DNA of 64,000 nt, taken from assembly GCA_000002435.2 (NCBI GenBank), contig CM018792.1; one strand, 5' to 3'. This DNA is from Giardia intestinalis (lineage: Eukaryota). A model generated the notes under the pieces. That model had not been told where the DNA came from. It saw only the letters and a list, made by a program, of their open reading frames with translations, and searched no databases. Shown here in pieces: positions 18,760 through 28,175 of the stretch (its first letter is position 1; each line of letters opens with the position of its first letter). The translations under genes and the position numbers were made by a program.

Positions 18760-21700
18760 ATGGCCGCTATGCTAAAAATTAAGGGTGTTCACTTCCAGTT
18801 TCCGTTTGAGCCATATCCCTCGCAGATAGAGTATATGAGTTCCCTTATTACGGCCCTGAATAAGAAGGAAAATGCCTTGTTGGAAAGCCCGACAGGCACC
18901 GGAAAGACACTTTCTCTGCTTATTCCCGCAATAGCTTATCAGGAACAATGTATTAGCTTTCTAAGTCTAGTAACCTCGCTTTTGAAGAAGTGCAAAGCTG
19001 GAGCAATCATAGCAGAGCCTACTGGAGCACCTACGTTATCTAGCAGTGCACCGCTAATGCCGCCAGACGTGGGTAAGCTTTTAGAGTGGACAGATCAAAC
19101 GTTAGACTTTCGAGACAGTGTCATCATAGATAGCAAGCTCAAAAATATAAGGCTCAATGATACAGCTAGGTGGGTAGCAGAACGACCTCCACCCAAGATT
19201 CTTTATGCTGCCAGGACCCATGCACAGATAGAACAGGCCATAAGACAACTAAAGAAGCATGTGACCATCTCTGATGCATCAGGTGACAGCAGATCTTTCT
19301 TATTATGGCCTATCGCCATGCTAGGAAGCCGCCGTATATTCTGCATAAACGAAAGAGCACACACTTATGCTGCAGCTGCAAATATCACACTAGGTATGGC
19401 ATGCAAGAAACTTTGCGACGACAGACAGTGTAGATATTACTCTAGTGACGGAGATAGTGATGATCTTGCACAGAAATACAGGGAGTATTACTGTGAGAAT
19501 AGTAATGGGCGATTGGATGATTTAGAAGACTTCCTGGGATACTGTAAGAACGAATCAAGGTGTCCATACTATTTGGGAAGAGCTCTCGTGCCACAGGCTA
19601 GGGTGGTTACTGCCCCTTATAACTATATACTCTCCAGTAAGAACAGGACATCCGAGCTTTCTTCTATGCTTCGAAATAGCATACTCCTTGTAGATGAAGG
19701 TCACAATATCGGCCAAGCATGCTGTGATACTTTTTCTGGCAGTGTTACTACTGACGCTCTTTTGAAGGCCTCCGAGGAAATTCAGTACTTACAGAAGGTA
19801 GCAGCAGCACAGCGGATGGGACCCGGTAATAAGGCTGCAACAATAGAGTTAGAGGGAAATTGGCTTTCAAAGACTAATCCTTGTGGACCCGCCACCTCCT
19901 ACACAGGGCTCCATGAGCCCAAAACAAAACTTATTCGGCAGTCAGTGACACGCCTCTACAGCTTATCGGATGCTCTGCCGCCGCAATCAGACATTGATGT
20001 GATATTCAATTTGATTAACCTCGTTTCAAAATACTTTGTAGACAAGCTTGCAGAGATAAGTGGGAATGCGCCCTTCAGCTTTGCCGTTCACGATCTTTCT
20101 AAAAAAGTTTATGAGCTGCTCTTGGCCACAGACTTCGAGTCTGGTGACCATAGTGCACCGTCAACACGTGTCTCTAGAGCGGCAACCGATATCGAAACTG
20201 CCAGATTCTATCTTTCGTCAAAGCCTATAGCAACTCATACAGATGCGGTCCAAACTTTACGCAAGAAACAGCAGCAGTTCTCCCTGTTAATTGACACCCT
20301 ATCCATCCTCATCCAATGTAACCCAGGCCTAGCGCCAGAGTATGCAGACAAGCCCTTACATTTACTAGAAGCAAGTGATTTCATATTGGCAATCAGTGAC
20401 ATCATGGTCTACTCTCAAACAGGATCTGAATTTTGCTTTGTTGTATCCAAACAGAAAGAAAATGACACTATTTCTAAACCAGCTAAGCCCAAATCTGCAT
20501 GTAGAATGAGTGAAGTTTTGAATAACGTCATAAGGAAGCATTCGGCTACTACAGTGCCGGCCATATCTAGCCAGGCTGGATGGCAAGTGCACCTACTCTG
20601 TATGACTCCAAAATCCATCCTCAAAACCATAGTCCTAGGGGAGAGTGTGCATTCTCTCGTCTTGACAAGTGGAACCCTAGCGCCCTTCTCGGCGCTCCAA
20701 GCAGAGCTTGGATTGTCTTTTGGCATATCTGTATCATGTCCTCACATAGTGCCACCCAGTAATTACTTATTTAGGGCTATCACGGCTATAACAGGAACTC
20801 CGTTATTGGGTATATATAAAAATAGGGAAAGCAAGTCATATCAGAAACAGTTAGGGTATGCTCTCCAAGCATGCGTACGTGGTGTGGTGGGAGGAACCCT
20901 GGTGTTCTTTCCATCATACAAGTATATGGCGCAGGTTCTGGATTCTTGGAAAGCGGACGGTACTGAAGCAGAGCTTAAGTCTAGCACCCATGGAGATCCT
21001 CGTGACCTGTTTGTCGAACCATTGAGGCAGCAAGATTGTAACGCAGTGATAAAGAAGTACAGGGATAGCTGTGACGCAGGACGATCCCCGATACTTTTTG
21101 TGATTTGCCGCGGAAAACTAGCTGAAGGAATTGACTTCAGCAACAACTACTGCAGATGCGCCCTTGTCATATCACTCCCCTATCCAAACATCTCTGACCC
21201 TCTGCTTAAGGCAAAAATGGATTGGCTTGACAAGCACTCTGTTCTGAAGGGAGGTGACTGGTATTCTGTACACGCATATAGGAGTGTCAACCAGGCGTTA
21301 GGCCGTGTCCTACGACACAAAGACGACTACGGATGCATGTTCCTCCTAGATCAAAGGTACTCCATAGAGATAAGCAGAAAGCAGCTCTCCGGATGGCTGG
21401 CTGATCAACTTGTTTCTACAGAACTGGCTGGGACAGGCGTACAAACGGAGAAAATATTTGCAGAAACACGCGCCTTTTACTCTAAGCGCACATTGTCTTC
21501 GTCCCCAGAAAGTGCGAAAGGTAGTAATCCATTTGACAGGATGTCAACTACAAGAAAGCTAGAAGAGCCAATATTTAAAACAAAGGACGAATTGGGCCTT
21601 TTGATGCAAGAGTTTTCCAATCCATTGAAGATTAAAAAGGCTACGGAACATTCTACTGCAATCTTGGATGAAACATCATCGGCTACTTATCAGCTACTGA

Positions 21701-21939
21701 CGAAGTTCAAGGGAAGGCTTACGGAAGTAAGATACAAGCAGCTAAAAACTCTTCTGCGTGATGTACAGTTGGTACAGAAAAGCGACCAAAAGAGAGTTCA
21801 GAAACTATGCAGTGATCTGGCAATTTTGCTGTATAGCCGTACTTTCTCCCAAGAGGTGAGTGACCTACTCAAGGTTCTAGAGCCTCACGTTGCGTCGGAA
21901 CTAGAAACCCAGATCAGATTCCTACAGAAACGATCTTAA
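18760..21939 (+). CDS. Rad3/XPD-family iron-sulfur DNA helicase, RTEL1/FANCJ/CHL1-like, 1059 aa.
   Basis: The N-terminus is ...KIKGVHFQFPFEPYPSQIEYM...LLESPTGTGKTLSLL (Walker A), which is typical of RTEL1/FANCJ. Motif Ia is ILYAARTHAQIEQ. A Cys cluster (CKKLCDDRQCRYY...C...CPYY) fits an FeS domain, and the DEGH box is LLVDEGHNIGQAC. A second ATG at 18769 (MLKIKG...) may be the real start. Confidence 0.9.
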   Translation: MAAMLKIKGVHFQFPFEPYPSQIEYMSSLITALNKKENALLESPTGTGKTLSLLIPAIAYQEQCISFLSLVTSLLKKCKAGAIIAEPTGAPTLSSSAPLMPPDVGKLLEWTDQTLDFRDSVIIDSKLKNIRLNDTARWVAERPPPKILYAARTHAQIEQAIRQLKKHVTISDASGDSRSFLLWPIAMLGSRRIFCINERAHTYAAAANITLGMACKKLCDDRQCRYYSSDGDSDDLAQKYREYYCENSNGRLDDLEDFLGYCKNESRCPYYLGRALVPQARVVTAPYNYILSSKNRTSELSSMLRNSILLVDEGHNIGQACCDTFSGSVTTDALLKASEEIQYLQKVAAAQRMGPGNKAATIELEGNWLSKTNPCGPATSYTGLHEPKTKLIRQSVTRLYSLSDALPPQSDIDVIFNLINLVSKYFVDKLAEISGNAPFSFAVHDLSKKVYELLLATDFESGDHSAPSTRVSRAATDIETARFYLSSKPIATHTDAVQTLRKKQQQFSLLIDTLSILIQCNPGLAPEYADKPLHLLEASDFILAISDIMVYSQTGSEFCFVVSKQKENDTISKPAKPKSACRMSEVLNNVIRKHSATTVPAISSQAGWQVHLLCMTPKSILKTIVLGESVHSLVLTSGTLAPFSALQAELGLSFGISVSCPHIVPPSNYLFRAITAITGTPLLGIYKNRESKSYQKQLGYALQACVRGVVGGTLVFFPSYKYMAQVLDSWKADGTEAELKSSTHGDPRDLFVEPLRQQDCNAVIKKYRDSCDAGRSPILFVICRGKLAEGIDFSNNYCRCALVISLPYPNISDPLLKAKMDWLDKHSVLKGGDWYSVHAYRSVNQALGRVLRHKDDYGCMFLLDQRYSIEISRKQLSGWLADQLVSTELAGTGVQTEKIFAETRAFYSKRTLSSSPESAKGSNPFDRMSTTRKLEEPIFKTKDELGLLMQEFSNPLKIKKATEHSTAILDETSSATYQLLTKFKGRLTEVRYKQLKTLLRDVQLVQKSDQKRVQKLCSDLAILLYSRTFSQEVSDLLKVLEPHVASELETQIRFLQKRS

Positions 21940-22989
21940 GCCGCCGTTCTCTCGTTTCTCAGTAACACCAACCTTATTAGCAAAGTATTGACCTACTGAA
22001 AAATATCTAGCTTAATGCATAAAAAAGCGTTCACCAATAATCTAACTTTCCAACGAAGTATAGCTATATGTACTTACAGAACTCGGTAGATTTATAGACT
22101 AGAAGTGTGGTTCCTTCAGAAGCATGCCCTCTGTACGTATTGATACAATAGTAACGAGTAACCACGTTTCTCGTCAATACGTGCAGCACAGAAATCACTA
22201 GAGCTTATAGAGAGCAACAATCCAAGTACGAAGATGGATATCTCACAGTTATGCGCCTCAAAGTAATGTTGATTCACTTGTGATATCCGAGGAACACAGA
22301 GCATGTGAGCTAGGCACACAGCAGAGAAACTGGTCGCTTTACTAGCTAAGCTGTCCGAGCAGACGTGCCTGTTGCCCTGCAGAAGACAACTGCTGCACTG
22401 CTCAGGTGGAGCGAGCAGCTGAAAGGCCGGTAGATAAGTGTCCCTTATCGCACCGAGGCTGTGGTGCGTGAACGGGGCGAGTGTGCCAATCTTGCTCGGA
22501 TACATGCGCTGCGACAGTCGAAGACGAGAGTCTATGTCTCCACACATAAGGGAAGCAACAAGTGAGTGCTGCAGCGCGCCCGACTACCGGTGCAAGGGGG
22601 ACGATGAGGCACCTCTGGCTGCGTTAAGGATGACAGCGTACAGCAGCCCTAGCTCCCGAAGAAGGCCTTTGAGAGCAACCGAGACTCGGGGGCTGAACAA
22701 GGGGCAGCATGGTGCGAAGGGCTAACAATTTAACCCGGATTGACTCTAGTGCAACACAACGGTTCTCTCGGACCGCTCTTTGCAGCTTGGGATCCTGGGA
22801 AGCGAAGAGACCAGGAAGTCAGGTCATATCCTTACGACCGCAGGCACAACAGAGGACTGTGCAGGCACCCATTCGTCACACAGGGTAGTAAATCGTTAAG
22901 GGGGCTCAAGACAGTTGAATCCCACCAGATCTCTCAGCCGACAGCCAGAATGGCGGGTGTCCCCCTACGTTCCACCAGGCAGCGTCAAA

Positions 22990-23460
22990 CATAGCAGAGG
23001 TCTGCCGGAAATGCACCAGATGCAGTCAACGCTTTTCTGGGTGTAGTGTTAACAGAATCACACACTACGATGCGCCTCAGACAGGCTCCACCTGGCAGCG
23101 GCGCCCCAGAGACGGGCCCCGAGGGACAAAGTATCTCCGGCCCTGTCCCTGCTCCAATGCGAGGGGCCTGTAGACAGAGCCGAGGATGGGGGCCAGTGCT
23201 CGGCCTCCTGCTGGTGCGGTGGCGCCGGGAGACCACCGGACCATCGACTCGGCCGCGGCAACCGGCGGAGCGCCCTGGGCTGCTGCTGTGTCCACACGCC
23301 TGGAGCGCGCCGCAGCAGCCCGGGATGGGTCCGCAGACAGGCGTGCCGCCCCAGCCGTCCCGGGGGCCGGCTCCTCGTGGCGGGCGGTCCTGCTCCCTTT
23401 GACTTTTCAAATGGAGAACGCAGTTATGGACCCTAGCTCTGCTGCAGAAGGTGCCTTATG
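22990..23460. other. Very GC-rich (~70%) apparently non-coding block inside a ~2-kb gene-free spacer (21940-23972).
   Basis: Overlapping ORFs run on both strands and encode Pro/Gly/Arg-rich nonsense (for example 23046-23402 on + and 22985-23410 on -). No protein-like periodicity or Cys pattern is present. This contrasts with the <150-bp spacers elsewhere in the window. Confidence 0.5.
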
Positions 23461-23972
23461 AGACGCAGCACAATCACACCAAGCGGTATTGGGGCTGAGC
23501 ACTCCTTGGGACGGGCTCTTGGCGTATCTGAGAGACGCTCGTTGCTGTGCACTGCCTCTTGGGCCTTGGATGCACGTTGTGCAGAGCTGCAGGAGTCGCC
23601 CTTGCAGTTGTCGGTGGGCCGTTGATGGAGCCATTGAAAGCTCTGGACCGCTACTGGACCGTACTGTCCCAGTGCACGTGTGGCAGCTTTGATTCGCACT
23701 GGATGATCCGTACAGATTGCAACGGAGCCACGAGGTGCACTAGTATGACATACGCATTGAGACAGTCGCAGTTCTGTTCGGCTCAATCCACCTCCTTCTG
23801 GCCCTGTGCCGAGATTGCAGATTGCAGAGTAGTGTCAGCGATAGACCCGGTGAGTGTTGATTCCATCAGCGCCTGTGGTCAACGTGCGTCCGAAGGATCA
23901 ATCAACTGCATCAATCGACGCGGATTGACTGATGTACCGCGAGTATGTTCCTACCAATCTATCAATCGGGCA

Positions 23973-26186
23973 ATGTTTGGCAGTTTTGTTCTCGCGGGGG
24001 TACTCGCTCAGATTGCATGGGCAGGAAAAGCAACAGAGCGCGCGGCTCACTGCGCAGATAACACTAATTGCGCAGCAGACGCATGCAACGTTCTGATCGG
24101 TGGTAAATTGTATTGCTCTCGATGTAACACAGGATTTGTTCCTATCAATGGACAATGTGCAGACAAAGAAGGTGCAACAGATAAGTGCAAAGATGGCTCC
24201 GGAGGCGATACAGCTGATCAGACCTGTGGACAGTGCGCCGAGCAGACTTTCATGTACAAGGGCGGCTGTTACGAAGCAGCCCAGCAGCCCGGACAGACCA
24301 TGTGTCAGGCGGCAGATGCTGGAGTATGCACACAAGCCGCGCAAGGATACTTCGTGCCGCCGGGCGCAGACGCCTCTCACCAGTCGGTCATACCATGTGG
24401 AGACGAAGAGGAAATAACAGTTAAAAACGATAAAAAGTACAAGGGCGTGCTGCACTGCACTCGGTGTAACGCTCCCACAGAAGCAGCAGATGCTAACGCC
24501 AAGGCCGCCACGTGTACTGCGTGCGGCGATAGCAAGATCGTCAAGACAGCCAAGGACTCAGCCACCTCCTGCGTGACAGAAGAAGAGTGCACCGGCACCG
24601 AAGGGTTCTTCGTGAAAAATGGCGGCACCAAAACCTGTGAGGCGTGTGATCCTGGTTGCAAGACCTGTAAGACCGAGGCTGCGAAGTGCACCTCCTGTAA
24701 GGACGACAAGCCGTACCTGAAGAAGGATAATGGCAGCGACACTGGCACGTGCGTCACCGAAGCTGAGTGCAAGACTGGAAACACCCACTACCCCGACGAC
24801 ACTGAGCCGAAGACGTGCAAGACGTGCGCCGAGGGGACCTCCGACGGGTGTGCGACGTGCGAGAAGGGCGCCGATGGAGCAGTCGCCTGCAAGACGTGCG
24901 GGTCTAATAAGAAGGTCCAGCCAAACAAGAAGGGGTGCATAGCAAAGTGCCCGGAGACGGTGAGTGCCGAGAAGGATGGCGTTTGTGAGTGCGTCGAGGG
25001 CTACGTTCCCGACAACGCGGGCACCGGGTGCACGAAGAAGCCCGACCCCCAGTGCAACACCCCCGGCTGCAAGACGTGCAGTGAGCCGAAGACAAGCAAG
25101 GAGGTGTGCACAGAGTGCGAAGACCCCAAGGCCCTCACGCCCACGGGCCAGTGCATCTACGGTTGTGAGCACCTGGAAGGCTACTACGAGGGCACCAGCG
25201 AGGGGGGCAAGAAGGCCTGCAAGAAGTGCGAGGTCGAGAACTGCCTCCTGTGCAACGGGCAAGGACAGTGCGAGACCTGCAAGGACGGGTACTACAAGAG
25301 CGGAGCCGCCTGTGCCAAGTGCAATACCTCGTGCAAGACGTGCGCGAACGGGAACTCCAACGGGTGCACGAGCTGCGAGCCTAAGCAGGTCCTCAGCTAC
25401 GAAGGAGAGGGCACGGGGACGTGCAAGCCAGGCTGCAAGCCAGTGAGCGGCGGCAAGGATGGAACGTGCAAGAGCTGCGACCTGAACATAGACGGGACAA
25501 GCTACTGTTCTGCCTGTAACGTGGGCACGGAGTATCCAGAGAACGGCGTGTGCGTCAAGAAGTCGGCCCGCACAGCCTCCTGCCAGGCAGAACCGAGCAA
25601 TGGTGTGTGCGGGACATGTGCAAGGGGCTTCTTCCGCATGAACGGGGGCTGCTACGAAACGACCAAACTCCCTGGAAAGAGCGTCTGTGAGGAGGTAGCA
25701 TCGGCCGGCGATACCTGTCAGACTCCGGCCGACGGATACAAGCTGAATAATGGCGCGCTCATCACTTGCTCGGCCGGATGTAAGACGTGCACCAGCCAGG
25801 ACCAGTGCGACACGTGTAAGGCTGGATATGCTAAGGATAGTGGTAACACTAAGAAGTGTGTTCCCTGCGCCACTGGGTGCTCCGAGTGCAATGCGGACGA
25901 CGCCACCAAGTGCACGGTGTGCGCTGCAGGGTACTACCTGTCCAAAGAAAAGTGTATAGCATGCGACAAGAGCGACGGGGGATCCATCACCGGCGTCGCC
26001 AACTGCGCTAGCTGTACTCCCCCAACCAACAATAAAGGGTCTGTCCTCTGCTACCTCATACAGAACACCAACAAGAGCGGTCTCAGCGCGGGCGCTATCG
26101 CGGGGATCTCCGTGGCTGTCATCGTCGTTGTGGCTGGTCTCGTAGGGTTCCTCTGCTGGTGGTTCATCTGCAGAGGCAAAGCGTAG
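23973..26186 (+). CDS. VSP: Variant-specific surface protein (VSP), ~737 aa.
   Basis: The signal peptide starts MFGSFVLAGVLAQIAWA. Dense CxxC modules run throughout (for example CKTCKTEAAKCTSC and CATCEKG), with GGCY motifs. A C-terminal TM helix is followed by the invariant tail ...GLVGFLCWWFICRGKA* (stop 26184-26186). The open frame extends upstream to 23547 through GC-rich sequence without VSP character. I call the start at the signal-peptide Met, nt 23973. Confidence 0.9.
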   Translation: MFGSFVLAGVLAQIAWAGKATERAAHCADNTNCAADACNVLIGGKLYCSRCNTGFVPINGQCADKEGATDKCKDGSGGDTADQTCGQCAEQTFMYKGGCYEAAQQPGQTMCQAADAGVCTQAAQGYFVPPGADASHQSVIPCGDEEEITVKNDKKYKGVLHCTRCNAPTEAADANAKAATCTACGDSKIVKTAKDSATSCVTEEECTGTEGFFVKNGGTKTCEACDPGCKTCKTEAAKCTSCKDDKPYLKKDNGSDTGTCVTEAECKTGNTHYPDDTEPKTCKTCAEGTSDGCATCEKGADGAVACKTCGSNKKVQPNKKGCIAKCPETVSAEKDGVCECVEGYVPDNAGTGCTKKPDPQCNTPGCKTCSEPKTSKEVCTECEDPKALTPTGQCIYGCEHLEGYYEGTSEGGKKACKKCEVENCLLCNGQGQCETCKDGYYKSGAACAKCNTSCKTCANGNSNGCTSCEPKQVLSYEGEGTGTCKPGCKPVSGGKDGTCKSCDLNIDGTSYCSACNVGTEYPENGVCVKKSARTASCQAEPSNGVCGTCARGFFRMNGGCYETTKLPGKSVCEEVASAGDTCQTPADGYKLNNGALITCSAGCKTCTSQDQCDTCKAGYAKDSGNTKKCVPCATGCSECNADDATKCTVCAAGYYLSKEKCIACDKSDGGSITGVANCASCTPPTNNKGSVLCYLIQNTNKSGLSAGAIAGISVAVIVVVAGLVGFLCWWFICRGKA

Positions 26187-26192
26187 ATGTAC

Positions 26193-26207
26193 ACTTAGGT
26201 AGTAAAT
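26193..26207 (+). terminator. VSP extended polyadenylation signal ACTTAGGTAGTAAAT (consensus ACTYAGRTAGTRAAY).
   Basis: An exact match to the VSP-specific extended poly(A) motif, including the general Giardia AGTRAAY core, lies 7-21 nt after the VSP stop codon. Confidence 0.8.
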
Positions 26208-26446
26208 GCGTCGATGAATTCTGTTTGTAGGTCTGACTCGGAAGTTGCATGAATAACTCAATCTGGCTGTATTAGGAACAGGGACAAACCACAACTAATA
26301 GGTTAAAGATTTTCTTCTTCAGTTTTGAGCTCAATTCCAGGGTGGTCTCTGGATCTCTGAACTTGATACGCTGGCCCCCGGGTTTGACGACAGTACTACC
26401 TCCCGTCTCAAAAAGCATCACAAAGTGGTTTACAATCACCGATCAG

Positions 26447-28108
26447 TTAACTATCCCCGACCACGGGAGTCAGCTCTGCCAACTGAGGGGTAACACCGTA
26501 CTCCACGTCGGTACTGTTGTTGAAGGAGCCCCCACCAACAACGTGCGCCATTATATTGTTGCAGCCCTTGCGGTTCACGTCAGAGAACGGCGTGCCAAAG
26601 ACGAGGACAACTGCGTCTCCACGCTCCGCCTGCCCTGATTCAAGCGCATGTGTGTCAGCCACACTGATCAGAGTCTTCATGCTGTCAATGTTTCCGGGGT
26701 GGAGAACAGGGCGGCATCCCCAGCACATGTGGAGCCACTGGTAGGATCGCTGCTCCGATGTGATGCAAAGGACAGGGCAGTGCGGGAGTTGACGAAGAAC
26801 ACGACCAGTTGAGTTGCCACTCTTCGAGAAAACAATGATTAGTTTCGCTCCAAGCTCTCGAGCGAGTAGACACGCCCCCAGTGCTATGGAATCAGGACGC
26901 TTGTGCTCCTTCGAGGTGCGTTGGTTGATATAGTTGTCTGTCAGAACCTGCTTGATAAAGGCCTCAGACTGTTCTGTGGTAGTAAGGATTGAACGGAGGA
27001 CCTTGACAACGTTGACCGGGTCGTGTCCGGCCGCGGTTTCGGCGGTGACCAACACAGAATTAGCCCCGTCAAAGCACACCGACGCAACATCTGTCACCTC
27101 TGCTCTTGTGGGAACGGTGTTCTCGATAAGAGACTCAACCATCTGCGTCGCGACCATTGCCTGGCAGCCGTGATAACGCGCTCGTTCACAGATGTACTTC
27201 TGGATAGAGCAAACCTTAGATAGGCATGTTTCGATAGCCAGGTCCCCGCGAGCGACCATGAGCATGTCAGAAAGTAGTGCAATGTCGTCGATGTCAAGGA
27301 CTGCCGTGGGCTTTTCAATCTTGCTGCATACGCGCGGGCAGAAGCTTGCCGGATTTTCTGCGTGGAGCTTCGCAATGTAATCTCGGGCTTCAATAACGTC
27401 AGCCTTAGTCTGCACAAACGAGAGGGCAATCCAGTCCATCCCGAGTCTGCATGCATTTCTGATGTCTCCCAGATCTTTGGGTGATAGTCCACTCAGTGGG
27501 AGAATGCGCGTGGGAATGGTTATCCCCTTGCGGGCTCCGAGCTTCCCGCCGGTTTTCACTCTCGTGACGATTCTCATGGCTTGACGATCAACGCTCGTGG
27601 CAACCAAACGGATGTAGCCGTCGTTGAGGATGATGTCATCGTTAGGCTCGCAGACAGCAAAGAACTCTTTATGGGGAAGATACACCCTGGACTCATCGCC
27701 GTTCACGTTGTTATGATCCAAAGTGAACTCCTGGCCTTCCTTGAGCTCTATACAGTTGTCTGGGTTAGAGAAGCCGGCAATCCTGAGCTTCGGTCCCTGG
27801 ATATCCCCCATTATTGCGACAGTCTTGCCGGTCAGTTGCATTGCCTGCTGGACTTTGTGGAAAATTTGAGTATGATCGTCTGTGTTGCCATGAGAGAAGT
27901 TGATGCGAATAATATCGGCACCTGCCCTGATCATTCCTGCTATGACCTCAACGTTGAACGAAGACGGGCCCAGCGTGCAGCAAATCTTCACGCGATTGAA
28001 GTGCGGGTGATTCTTATCCACACCTTTGAGGCCCTGCTCGACGAGCTTCTTGAGGTTTGTGAGGTTGTACTCGGTGATCTGATTTGCTGTAAACTTATTG
28101 TTAAGCAT
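26447..28108 (-). CDS. PYK: Pyruvate kinase, 553 aa.
   Basis: ...RVKICCTLGPSSFNVEVIAGMIRAGADIIRINFSHGNTDDH...AIMGDIQGPKLRIAGF... are canonical PK N-terminal and active-site motifs. A full-length barrel plus C-terminal domain is present. The reverse-strand ATG is at 28106-28108. Confidence 0.92.
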   Translation of the reverse strand: MLNNKFTANQITEYNLTNLKKLVEQGLKGVDKNHPHFNRVKICCTLGPSSFNVEVIAGMIRAGADIIRINFSHGNTDDHTQIFHKVQQAMQLTGKTVAIMGDIQGPKLRIAGFSNPDNCIELKEGQEFTLDHNNVNGDESRVYLPHKEFFAVCEPNDDIILNDGYIRLVATSVDRQAMRIVTRVKTGGKLGARKGITIPTRILPLSGLSPKDLGDIRNACRLGMDWIALSFVQTKADVIEARDYIAKLHAENPASFCPRVCSKIEKPTAVLDIDDIALLSDMLMVARGDLAIETCLSKVCSIQKYICERARYHGCQAMVATQMVESLIENTVPTRAEVTDVASVCFDGANSVLVTAETAAGHDPVNVVKVLRSILTTTEQSEAFIKQVLTDNYINQRTSKEHKRPDSIALGACLLARELGAKLIIVFSKSGNSTGRVLRQLPHCPVLCITSEQRSYQWLHMCWGCRPVLHPGNIDSMKTLISVADTHALESGQAERGDAVVLVFGTPFSDVNRKGCNNIMAHVVGGGSFNNSTDVEYGVTPQLAELTPVVGDS

Positions 28109-28175
28109 GGTCGCTCCCCGACTTTTGGCTGATGCCTACTTTAAAACTTTCTAAACTGACTTTAATTTTGAATCC
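28109..28175. promoter_or_regulatory. Putative 67-bp AT-rich bidirectional promoter between pyruvate kinase (-) and tRNase Z (+).
   Basis: The spacer ...ctactttaaaactttctaaactgactttaattttgaatcc is flanked by divergent ATGs at 28108 and 28176. Confidence 0.45.

Noticed and set aside
22116-23786. Multiple 60-140-aa ORFs on both strands in the GC-rich spacer (22116-22547, 22438-22725, 22740-22994, 22985-23410, 23046-23402, 23433-23786 and others)
   Set aside because: They overlap one another in different frames, and their translations are Pro/Gly/Arg-rich nonsense with no motif. This is typical of stop-poor GC-rich non-coding DNA.
23547-23972. 5' extension of the VSP ORF (142 extra codons)
   Set aside because: It has no signal peptide and no Cys-module pattern. 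The canonical VSP signal peptide begins at the internal Met at 23973, and VSP mRNAs have very short 5' UTRs.
24558-26294. 578-aa ORF on the minus strand opposite the VSP
   Set aside because: Its composition (Ala/Arg/Gly/Leu-rich, low complexity) is what the reverse complement of a GC3-rich gene produces. It has no protein-like features. I treat it as a non-coding antisense frame, not a gene.
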